Shown one piece after another: positions 34,493 through 41,985 of a stretch of DNA of 45,740 bases. The notes under the pieces are model-generated. The model did no database searches. It was not told the DNA's origin and saw nothing but the letters and a program-made list of their open reading frames with translations. The stretch comes from an uncultured Dehalococcoidales bacterium. GTDB taxonomy: Bacteria; Chloroflexota; Dehalococcoidia; GIF9; UBA5629. Location of the stretch: the NCBI GenBank assembly GCA_964582065.1, contig CAZOQG010000002.1, positions 1-45,740 of the forward strand. Reading direction: 5' to 3'. The position numbers were made by a program, and so were the translations under genes. Within the stretch, counting starts at the first letter, position 1, and the number at the start of each line of letters is the position of its first letter.

Positions 34493-34540
34493 AGCAAAAA
34501 GCAAACCTACGTTGGAAGTGCAACAGACTTCCAACGTAGG
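34493..34540 (-). terminator. Rho-independent terminator of the Cys-rich protein gene
   Basis: The minus strand reads CCTACGTTGGAAGT-CTGTTGC-ACTTCCAACGTAGG. This is a perfect 14-bp stem with a 7-nt loop followed by TTTGCTTTTTGCT. It lies about 55 nt after the stop at 34596. Confidence 0.75.
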
Positions 34541-34595
34541 CCCTCAGGCTTTGCAGCCAATTTAGCTCTTGAGTACTTGTCTTATCCAATCCGGG

Positions 34596-35279
34596 TTATA
34601 GGCAGCCGTCACCAAAATCCTGAAGGAGATTGTCCTGGAGAGCCCAACAGTGGGCAACGCATTCCGTATGTGTGGATCCAGTGGTCCCCCAGTCGCCTCC
34701 CCAGTTCTCAGCGCCGCCGGCGCTATTGCCGAAGTGGTTCGGGTGCTCGTTGTTCCACCTTGGGTGTGGACTGATGTCACCACCACCCCAGCTCTTGTTG
34801 GCAAAGCAGAGGCTGATTCCCCAGCAGCAGCAGCAATGTGCCGTTTTATATCCCGTCGCTGCTTGGCACTCTCCATCGCTCATTCCCAGTGCTGGACAAG
34901 CCGTGGCGGCCTGGGACAGTTCGCACTCTACCGGGTCGTCGCAGCATGCCAGGCATCCTTGCTCCTCGTTACAGGAGCAGCAACCGCCTTCACAGGAAGG
35001 GATGTCACACCCCGTGACTCTTGAGCCAGGGCACAAGCCTGACAAATTACAGTTATCGTGTAACATGTCGGGATAAGCGAGGCCTGCCAGGCGAGACATG
35101 GCAGTGACCGGAGTCCTTCCCCAGTGCTGCAGGTACAAAACCACCGAATTCTCGTTGTCCTCCCACTTCACCGGATCCCAGGTGCAATCGTCACCTAAGC
35201 CTGCTGAGACAGGCGATGGTACCAGCACCAGGGACACTGCCAGCATAAAGACAAACAGGCTACCGACAATTTTCCTCAA
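34596..35279 (-). CDS. Secreted cysteine-rich protein (22 Cys, including a CCCC run), no recognisable family
   Basis: The start is TTG with a perfect AAGGAGGTG Shine-Dalgarno 7 nt upstream. The signal peptide is MRKIVGSLFVFMLAVSLVLVPSPVSA. The mature part contains CNLSGLCPGSRVTGCDIPSCEGGCCSCNEEQGCLACCDDPVEC...AHCCCCWGISLC...ECVAHC...GCL. Dedicated promoters and a dedicated terminator are present. Confidence 0.75.
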   Translation of the reverse strand: MRKIVGSLFVFMLAVSLVLVPSPVSAGLGDDCTWDPVKWEDNENSVVLYLQHWGRTPVTAMSRLAGLAYPDMLHDNCNLSGLCPGSRVTGCDIPSCEGGCCSCNEEQGCLACCDDPVECELSQAATACPALGMSDGECQAATGYKTAHCCCCWGISLCFANKSWGGGDISPHPRWNNEHPNHFGNSAGGAENWGGDWGTTGSTHTECVAHCWALQDNLLQDFGDGCL

Positions 35280-35314
35280 TTTGTCACCTCCTTATTTGAT
35301 TTGAGTTTTGATTG

Positions 35315-35343
35315 ATTCTACAAGGTCAATCAGCCTTTGTCAA
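35315..35343 (-). promoter_or_regulatory. Promoter P1 of the Cys-rich protein gene
   Basis: The minus strand reads TTGACA (35343-35338), a 17-nt spacer, then TAGAAT (35320-35315). It lies about 36 nt upstream of the start codon. Confidence 0.55.
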
Positions 35344-35346
35344 GTG

Positions 35347-35375
35347 ATTTTACAAGGTCAAAAGCTGTTTGTCAA
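35347..35375 (-). promoter_or_regulatory. Promoter P2 (tandem duplicate of P1)
   Basis: The minus strand reads TTGACA (35375-35370), a 17-nt spacer, then TAAAAT (35352-35347). It is part of a 30-nt direct repeat, 25/30 identical to the P1 copy, with a 32-nt period. Confidence 0.5.
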
Positions 35376-35395
35376 TAGGCAAAAGGTAAGGGGGC

Positions 35396-35424
35396 TTGAA
35401 AATCGTCTTTCCAATATATACAAT
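35396..35424 (+). promoter_or_regulatory. Sigma70-type promoter for speH-speE
   Basis: TTGAAA (35396-35401), a 17-nt spacer, then TACAAT (35419-35424). It lies about 80 nt upstream of the speH start. Confidence 0.45.
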
Positions 35425-35505
35425 TACAGCTTGTTGCCATCTATTCTGCGAAAGATTGGGGGTGAGAACTTCGTCAAATAAAAAATCTTAAGGAGGGACG
35501 GTGAT

Positions 35506-35883
35506 TTGAATGCTCTTGGAAGACACTTGCTACTAGAACTGAAAAATTGCGATTTGGAGGTGCTCAATGACCTAGATTATCTTAGGGATTGTCTTCATGA
35601 TGCTGCTAAACAAATCGGAGCTACTGTAGTAAATGATGCTTTCTATCGATTTAGCCCTCATGGCATAAGCGGTGTGGTAATTATCTCTGAATCCCATCTT
35701 TGCATTCATACCTGGCCGGAACACGGTTATGCCGCCGTAGATGTATTCACTTGTGGGGATTCTGTTGAGCCTGAGCGAGCTGTCAAGCCACTGGTAGAGA
35801 AGCTGGGGTCAAAGGATCCCTCTTTTATTGAGCTTAAGCGGGGTATTTTACCAGAAAGCCGGGTTGGCTGTGAGTTAAAATGA
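35506..35883 (+). CDS. speH: S-adenosylmethionine decarboxylase proenzyme (pyruvoyl-dependent, small bacterial/archaeal type)
   Basis: GRHLLLELKNCD...GVVIISESHLCIHTWPEHGYAAVDVFTCG includes the ES self-cleavage site. The start is TTG with an AAGGAGGG Shine-Dalgarno. The stop overlaps the speE start. Confidence 0.85.
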   Translation: MNALGRHLLLELKNCDLEVLNDLDYLRDCLHDAAKQIGATVVNDAFYRFSPHGISGVVIISESHLCIHTWPEHGYAAVDVFTCGDSVEPERAVKPLVEKLGSKDPSFIELKRGILPESRVGCELK

Positions 35884-36806
35884 GCGACCCAGATAACCCT
35901 GACAAAAGTAAGTGGCTGCATGATGAGGTGAGTCCTGACCTCGTTCAGCTACATAGCATTAAGCGGGTAATATATTCAGGACAAACCGAGTTCCAGTCCA
36001 TAGACATTGTTGATACCGGAAGCTTCGGCGTTTGTCTCGTGCTGGATGGTAAGATTCAGTCCAGCGAGGCAGATGAGTTCATTTATCATGAGGCTCTGGT
36101 CCATCCTGCAATGCTCAGCCATTCATATCCCGAGACGATCCTTGTTGCTGGGGGTGGCGAGGGAGCTACTTTGCGCGAGGTGCTGGCTCATAACACAGTA
36201 AAAAAGGCGGTCATGGTGGATGTCGATAGGCAGGTGATAGATGTCTGCCGTCGCTTCCTTTCCTCCTTCCACCAGGACTCTTTTGATGATTCGCGTGCGG
36301 CACTTCACTTCACGGATGCCCGAAGGTACGTACAGGAAACCAATGATAGATTCGACGTTGTCATTATTGACTTGGTTGAGCCCCTCGAGGCGGGGCCGGC
36401 CTGCCTATTATATACCCAGGAGTTTTATCAGCTCCTCAGAGAAAGATTGAATCCTGAAGGCATTGTGTCCATCCAGTCTGGAGCTTCTGGCTGGACCAAC
36501 CTGGAAAACTTCACTGCAATTATCAACACTCTGAAGAGTGTTTTTTCCGTAGTCTGCCCCTACCAGGTTTATGTTCCTTCCTTTGTTGACCTGTGGGGAT
36601 TCTCGACAGCTTCCCAGAGAATCGACCCGGCAAAGCTGTCCCCCAAGGAAGTAGATCGTAGGATTTCGACCAGGCTGTCGAGGAAGCTAAAGTCCTACGA
36701 TGGTCTTACTCACCAGGCTTCATTCACTCTCCCCAAACACCTCCGCCACCGTCTAGCCAGAACTAAAAGAATCATCACTGACAAGAAACCTATTTTTGCC
36801 TATTGA
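35880..36806 (+). CDS. speE: Spermidine synthase (polyamine aminopropyltransferase)
   Basis: QSIDIVDT..FG..LVLDGKIQSSE.DEFIYHEALVHPA...VAGGGEGATLREVL...V.MVDVD are aminopropyltransferase motifs. Confidence 0.9.
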   Translation: MSDPDNPDKSKWLHDEVSPDLVQLHSIKRVIYSGQTEFQSIDIVDTGSFGVCLVLDGKIQSSEADEFIYHEALVHPAMLSHSYPETILVAGGGEGATLREVLAHNTVKKAVMVDVDRQVIDVCRRFLSSFHQDSFDDSRAALHFTDARRYVQETNDRFDVVIIDLVEPLEAGPACLLYTQEFYQLLRERLNPEGIVSIQSGASGWTNLENFTAIINTLKSVFSVVCPYQVYVPSFVDLWGFSTASQRIDPAKLSPKEVDRRISTRLSRKLKSYDGLTHQASFTLPKHLRHRLARTKRIITDKKPIFAY

Positions 36807-36849
36807 GATTGTGACCGGACGTCCGCATCTTTTGTGGGCAGCAAGGCAG

Positions 36850-38259
36850 TCAGTGATTAAGGTGCGACCTAACCTTAGCATAACTTGCAGCGACGCCGAG
36901 CGCTTTGGCCGCAGTTTCGAGGTTAAGGTAGGCCGGCAACCCCAGCGCTTCTAGCTCGCGCGATAGCTCTTCCTTGGCTGATAATTTTGGTCCGTAAATC
37001 CAGACCGTCATCGGCTTTGAGAACTGTTGCTTCAGCCGGCGAAACATGTCAACTGTAGCTGGTGTTTGAGACGTCGAGGTGGCCCAAAAGACGATGAAAG
37101 CACAATCTACATTGCTATCAGCTAGCACTGTAGCCGCTATCGACTCAAGTGTCTGAGTGAAGTCACTAATAGATGGTGCCACCTGACCGACATCAACAGG
37201 GTTGCTGGCCAGTCTGGGCGATAGCCTGGCTAGCCTGTCAGTTGTCACAGAGGATAACTGAGCAATGGTCAGTCCATTTTCCACGGCTGCATCAATTGCC
37301 ATTATGCCAACTGCTCCAGAAACAGTGACAATGGCAATTCGGTTGCCTGCGGGCAACGGTTGGGAGGCGAAGACTCTGGGTATGTCTAAAAATTCCTGCC
37401 AGGTGTCAAGTCGAACAATCCCAGCCTGCCTGAAAGCACTATCATAGATTTGGTCGGATCCCGCCAGTGAGCCGGTATGGGAAGCCACCGCTTTGGCGCT
37501 TGCCTCGCTCCGCCCCGGTTTGAGAATCAGTACCGGCTTATGAGGCACTACCCTTCTGGCTATATCCACAAACTGCTGACCGTCCTTTATATCTTCCAGA
37601 TGCATGGCAATGACTTTTGTGGTCGGGTCAACTGCCAGATACTCAAGGAGGTCGATTTCATTAACGTCACACTTATTGCCGAAATCGCATATTTTGTTGA
37701 TAGGATAGGCGCAGTCCTCAAGGGGCAGTGCCTGTGCGCCGGTAATACCAGTCTGGGATGCATATGCTATGGTTCCTCTCTGGATTCTGTTGTAACCTGT
37801 GAAATAGGGGGTGGTCACCAAGCCACTGGCAGTGTTGACAATGCCTATTGTGTTTGGTCCGATAAGACGGATTCCGGCATCCTGGGCAATATCGACCACT
37901 TGCTGCTGGAGTCTAGCTCCTCCCCTGCCCGTCTCGGCAAAACCATCAGATACAATAATAGCCGCCTTTATTCCTTTCTGAGCACATTGCTCGATAATGG
38001 TTGGCACTACATGTGAAGGTGTGATGATAATGGCGAGATCAATGGCATCAGTGACATGGTTGACCGTAGGATAGACCGCCATACCTAGAACTTCGTTATA
38101 GGATGGGTTAATGGGATAGATATTGCCTGAGAACCCGAAATTGAGCAGGTTCTTGACTACCCCGTACCCTCCCATCCACTCTTCCTTGAAGGAGCCGATT
38201 GCGGCAACATTACGAGCTTCAAAGAATGTCCCAAGGTCACTGTTTATCTTCAATCCCAT
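36850..38259 (-). CDS. CoA-binding / succinyl-CoA-ligase-like flavodoxin domain protein (alpha-type module of NDP-forming acyl-CoA synthetases; no ATP-grasp domain)
   Basis: FFEARNVAAIGSFKE...GYGVVKNL...YPINP is the CoA-binding domain. RLIGPNTIGIVN and ASQTGITG follow. The 469-aa product resembles ACD alpha subunits or the large N-domain of Pat-type acetyltransferases. Confidence 0.75.
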   Translation of the reverse strand: MGLKINSDLGTFFEARNVAAIGSFKEEWMGGYGVVKNLLNFGFSGNIYPINPSYNEVLGMAVYPTVNHVTDAIDLAIIITPSHVVPTIIEQCAQKGIKAAIIVSDGFAETGRGGARLQQQVVDIAQDAGIRLIGPNTIGIVNTASGLVTTPYFTGYNRIQRGTIAYASQTGITGAQALPLEDCAYPINKICDFGNKCDVNEIDLLEYLAVDPTTKVIAMHLEDIKDGQQFVDIARRVVPHKPVLILKPGRSEASAKAVASHTGSLAGSDQIYDSAFRQAGIVRLDTWQEFLDIPRVFASQPLPAGNRIAIVTVSGAVGIMAIDAAVENGLTIAQLSSVTTDRLARLSPRLASNPVDVGQVAPSISDFTQTLESIAATVLADSNVDCAFIVFWATSTSQTPATVDMFRRLKQQFSKPMTVWIYGPKLSAKEELSRELEALGLPAYLNLETAAKALGVAASYAKVRSHLNH

Positions 38260-38305
38260 TGGCCTGACTGCCCTCGATTCTCCTTGAGTTCGACCCCTAT
38301 TTCGC

Positions 38306-38860
38306 TTACCTCTGCGGTTCAGTTCGGCGGAGAATCTCCATAATTATAAAGTCGTGGTCTCCGCGAATGAGCTGTCCGCAGGGAAGGAAGCCGCATTTTT
38401 CGAAGCACTTCTGCGCCCGGAGATTCCAATTCAGGGTCCTGAGGTAGACCCTTTCTAGCCCGACTTGCGAATGAATATGATTTACCAAGGTGAGTATGGC
38501 ATCGGTTCCGTAACCCTGGTTCCAGTAAGCTCTGTCACCAATCATTATGCCGATCTCGGTCTGCTTATTGGTCTTGTCTATATTGAAATAACTACAATTG
38601 CCAATGTGCCTTCCATCCATGGTTTCGATGGCAAAACGGGAACCTGGACCGGGATAGCGCAGCTCTTCAGCATAACCCTTTAGGTATTCCTCAAGGCAGC
38701 TAAGTATCGGGGGAGCGGCATCGAGGCGGCATAATTCGGTATCCGTCCGCCAACCATAATCGTTGGCGGCATCTTGGAGGTGTTTTGGGCGCAGCTTGAC
38801 CTTGTTGCCAACTAATATTGGTGGTCTGGCTAAAGGTCTAAAGATGGTAGGTCTTCGCAA
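38306..38860 (-). CDS. GNAT family N-acetyltransferase (RimJ/RimL-like)
   Basis: VKLRPKHLQDAANDYGW...EIGIMIGDRAYWNQGYGTDAI..LV.....LGLERVYL.TL.WN.RAQKCFEKCGF. The only available start is TTG at 38860, which overlaps the HEAT gene end by 31 nt. Confidence 0.8.
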   Translation of the reverse strand: MRRPTIFRPLARPPILVGNKVKLRPKHLQDAANDYGWRTDTELCRLDAAPPILSCLEEYLKGYAEELRYPGPGSRFAIETMDGRHIGNCSYFNIDKTNKQTEIGIMIGDRAYWNQGYGTDAILTLVNHIHSQVGLERVYLRTLNWNLRAQKCFEKCGFLPCGQLIRGDHDFIIMEILRRTEPQR

Positions 38861-39762
38861 AAGAGAAGCTCCTTCAAGGCGGATTTGGCTGCCTGACGGA
38901 TTCGAGGCTGAGGGTTTCTTGCCAGCTTGTTCAGGGTTTGCTTAGCTTCCTCACTGCCGATTTCACCTAATGCCTTTATGGCTGCTTCTTGAACCTGAAC
39001 ATCTTCGTCCTCGATCAGCCCGGTGAGATGAAGTACAGCCTCCTCAGCACCAAGTTCGCCACAGGCATTGGCAGCCTCGTAGCGTAGCTCAGGCTGATTG
39101 CTGCTTAGTTCGGTCAATAAAGTCGTCAGCCACGCTGAATCGCAATTGCGTCCCATGGCATATATAGCGCTGCCTTTAAGTTTGACATCATTGCTGTGAT
39201 AGGCTTCTTCTATCAGCTCCTTAACTCGTGGCAGGCTGAGAGGAGCAATAGCCTCCAAGGCTCGGCGCTTCACTTCGACTGGCTCCGTCTTGTTATCCAA
39301 GACCTCTAGCAAAGCTCTGCGAACCTTATCGGTAAAGTCAGTGGATAGCTTGTCTAACTCGCCCAGCAGGGCAAATCTGCCTAAAGCTGCGGCTGCTGCT
39401 GCCCTAACTCTGGCAGAACTATCTTGTTTCAATGCCTGCACCAGCGGACCGACAAAAATGTGATTTTCCTCCGACTCTAAGCCGACAATAGCCTGGGTTC
39501 TAACTGTTTCGTCGGGGTCACGGAGGCAAAAAACGAAGGTACTGCTGAAATCAAGCTTGAGGTCAGCTTCGCTGAGGTGGATAAGGTGAGAGATAACTTG
39601 CTGCCGCCGATTCGCATCCGCTTTGGCCCAGACTTGTTTCAGGAATTCCAGCTCCTCGCCAGAGAGGTCCGACAAGTAGGCCAATGTGGAGCTGACTAGA
39701 GGCTTGCTAGAGTCAAGGATTTCGGCGATAGGCTGCTTGTAAGAGGCTGATTCCGCTGCCAT
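38830..39762 (-). CDS. HEAT-repeat (PBS-lyase-type) protein
   Basis: Repeated units match ..VR..A..ALG.....(A/E): ARVRAAAAAALGRF, VKRRALEAIAPL, PELRYEAANACGELGAEEAV, VQVQEAAIKALGEIGSEEA and PRIRQAAKSAL. Confidence 0.75.
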   Translation of the reverse strand: MAAESASYKQPIAEILDSSKPLVSSTLAYLSDLSGEELEFLKQVWAKADANRRQQVISHLIHLSEADLKLDFSSTFVFCLRDPDETVRTQAIVGLESEENHIFVGPLVQALKQDSSARVRAAAAAALGRFALLGELDKLSTDFTDKVRRALLEVLDNKTEPVEVKRRALEAIAPLSLPRVKELIEEAYHSNDVKLKGSAIYAMGRNCDSAWLTTLLTELSSNQPELRYEAANACGELGAEEAVLHLTGLIEDEDVQVQEAAIKALGEIGSEEAKQTLNKLARNPQPRIRQAAKSALKELLFCEDLPSLDL

Positions 39763-40584
39763 CTATTCTTCCTCGTCCTCCTCCTCCTCCTCCTCCTCCT
39801 CTTCTTCCTCTGGTGGCCAAACGGGCCTGGTGTAGCGGTCGATGAATTCCCCCATAGCTTCAGCGGCCAGCCTCTTCATTTCCTCCTCTGACTCCTTAGC
39901 CACTTTGGCAAGTTCAGCCAAATTGATGTCTATGCCGAGGATTTTGGTCAGGATGGCGAGTACGGCCAAGGAGGCCTTTGGATTGGGTATTCGAGTGGTA
40001 TAACCAGGCACCTCACCTAATAGGCAGATACCATCAATTCCCCTCTCCTTGGCTACTCCCAAGAACAAGCCGTTGAGCCCAGCAATCTGAAGTTCGCCGC
40101 GAAGAACGATGTCATGTTTCTTTAGCTCTTCGATAAGTTTTTGATTCGTGGTGGCCCCCCAGACCCTTGATGGTTCGGTGTGGTGAATTCGAGCAATAGC
40201 CGCAGCACAGGTGTATACCCTTTTCACCTTGAATTTCTGACTGACATCCAAAACACAGTTGGCCAGCTCATAGCCTTTTGAGCTAGGTTGCTCATCGCCA
40301 ATAAACAAGACTATGTCCCTCTCGGAGTTGGGATTGTGCCAATAATAGAATTTGCTTTCCGGGAATTGAGGAGCTTCTACTATGTTGCCTTTGACCATAA
40401 CGCCGATGGGGTCAAAGAAATGGGAGGGTTGAATTTCCCCAATCTCTTCAGCATTTAGCTTGTCTTTCATATACCGGGCAACGATAAGTGCCACGTTTCC
40501 AATCCCAGGCCAAGCTGCAATCAGGTCACATGCCTTAGGATGTGGTTCTTTATAGAGTCTGACCGTGTCTTTCATACCTTTCAC
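39763..40584 (-). CDS. PAC2 (proteasome assembly chaperone 2-like) family protein with a 15-residue acidic C-terminal tail
   Basis: DLIAAWPGIGNVALIVARYM...VLFIGDEQP...GLNGLFLGVAKERGIDGICLLGEVPGY resembles the PAC2 family as I recall it. The tail PP-E11-D-E3 is read directly from (ctc/ttc)n at 39766-39810. The stop abuts the HEAT gene ATG. Confidence 0.6.
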   Translation of the reverse strand: MKGMKDTVRLYKEPHPKACDLIAAWPGIGNVALIVARYMKDKLNAEEIGEIQPSHFFDPIGVMVKGNIVEAPQFPESKFYYWHNPNSERDIVLFIGDEQPSSKGYELANCVLDVSQKFKVKRVYTCAAAIARIHHTEPSRVWGATTNQKLIEELKKHDIVLRGELQIAGLNGLFLGVAKERGIDGICLLGEVPGYTTRIPNPKASLAVLAILTKILGIDINLAELAKVAKESEEEMKRLAAEAMGEFIDRYTRPVWPPEEEEEEEEEEEDEEE

Positions 40585-40680
40585 CCCGCGAGTGTTTCTA
40601 TTGTCACCCGCTACGTTTGAACCCTTCGCTTTCTGTCGTTCTGTCGGGACAGACCTCTGAATCAGTCCCGACCTTTGGAC

Positions 40681-41985
40681 TTACCCTGCCTTCGTAGCTA
40701 CTGATAGACTGGAGCAGTAGAGGCAAGGAGTCCGTAGGAAACCTCCGATCCACCTTGCCTCCTGCCCTACTGCCTCAAGCTGCCCTAAGACGTGGTACAC
40801 ATTCCCAGAAACCATAGTATCTTTTACTCTGCCTGTTATCTCTCCTCTTTCTACCTTGTAGCCCAGCAGAACATTGCCACTAAAGTCCCCGTTCAGTATG
40901 TTACCCTGTTCGGCACCTATTAGCTGGTCTACAATTAGACCCTGCTTCATGTCTCTTACCATGTCCCAGAAGGAGACAGCACCTTCGCTGATAACTAGAG
41001 AGCTTGGGGATGGCGTGGGCAAACCGCCATGGCGGCTGCCATTACCGGTGCTCTGGGTATTGGCCAGAGCTGCTGTCTGTAGGTCATAGAGGAACTGTAA
41101 TACCACACCATGGTCAATAAGCGGCGTTGGCTGGCTTGGTACGCCTTCATCATCACAAGGGCAACTGGCTATCTGGTAAGGCAAGGTGGCATCATCCCAA
41201 AAGGAGAATCTCTTGTCAAAAACTTGCTTATGGCGTTTATCTCTTAGTGGTGAAACTCCGTCAAGCACTATTTTACCATTGAAAGCTGTCACCAGGGGAG
41301 CTATCAGGGCACTGGCCACTCCTCGTGGCGTGAGAATCACTCGCATCGGCCCAGTCGGCGCAACAACATTGTTCTTGGCTAGCTCTAGCTGCATGGTTAC
41401 CTCTCCAGCCACCGTCTTGAAATCAAGGACGGGATGGCACGAGCTCTGGCTATCACCAACGAAGAGCATATCATCATCTTGGATGAGGACACCTTCAAGG
41501 CTCAGGTCAAAAAAGCTCTTGTCATAGTTGGCTTGGCCTCCTGAGGAGTTGATGATGTGGACTGAAGTTATACCTTTCGTCACCGATGCTTCGCACACAA
41601 GATCGGGTGTGTGTTGTTTTATTGCAGCTATAAGTTGCTCTCCAAGCTCAGCCATGTCGTTAATAGTTGCCTCGTCTACTTGCGAATCGAAGATATCTAC
41701 CTGAGGGTAAGCCTTCGGGCTTGGGAAATCGAATTTGGCTGCGGTGCCGAATTGACAGGTCTCCATTGCCATATTGACCAGCGCTTCAGGTTCGATGAAG
41801 CCATTAGACTGCGCAAAGCCGACCTTGCCACGTTTAATGAGTCTTAGGGCAGTGCTGGTGCCTTCTTTGGTCTGGATTTGTTTCAACCGGTTGGCTTCAA
41901 AATGTACTGCGGTCATTCTGGAGGAGACTTGAAAGACTTCGGCCTGTTCGGCTCCTCTTTTGGCTCGTGATAAGATCTCTTCCAC
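40681..41985 (-). CDS. pmbA: TldD/PmbA family protein, PmbA (TldE)-type partner without the HExxxH motif
   Basis: The 434-aa product has TldD/PmbA fold motifs (GNGSRHG..PTPSPSSLVI..G; ...GDFSG.V..GYKVERGE). It is directly adjacent to tldD, and its start abuts the tldD stop. Confidence 0.8.
   Translation of the reverse strand: MEEILSRAKRGAEQAEVFQVSSRMTAVHFEANRLKQIQTKEGTSTALRLIKRGKVGFAQSNGFIEPEALVNMAMETCQFGTAAKFDFPSPKAYPQVDIFDSQVDEATINDMAELGEQLIAAIKQHTPDLVCEASVTKGITSVHIINSSGGQANYDKSFFDLSLEGVLIQDDDMLFVGDSQSSCHPVLDFKTVAGEVTMQLELAKNNVVAPTGPMRVILTPRGVASALIAPLVTAFNGKIVLDGVSPLRDKRHKQVFDKRFSFWDDATLPYQIASCPCDDEGVPSQPTPLIDHGVVLQFLYDLQTAALANTQSTGNGSRHGGLPTPSPSSLVISEGAVSFWDMVRDMKQGLIVDQLIGAEQGNILNGDFSGNVLLGYKVERGEITGRVKDTMVSGNVYHVLGQLEAVGQEARWIGGFLRTPCLYCSSLSVATKAG

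Noticed and set aside
29201-34595. Idea that the Cys-rich protein gene and the ZFT array form one contiguous operon or island.
   Set aside because: They are separated by serS, lysS, greA, a plus-strand DRTGG-domain gene and a DUF2007 gene, each with its own signals. Any functional link is hypothetical and is recorded only as an inference in the findings.
34166-35076. Plus-strand ORFs 34166-34774, 34630-35076 and 34650-35024, and minus-strand ORF 34562-34876.
   Set aside because: They overlap the repeat field or the Cys-rich gene in other frames. They have no Shine-Dalgarno sequences and Pro/Ser/Ala-rich noise-like products. The 34596-35279 frame has the Shine-Dalgarno, signal peptide, promoters and terminator.
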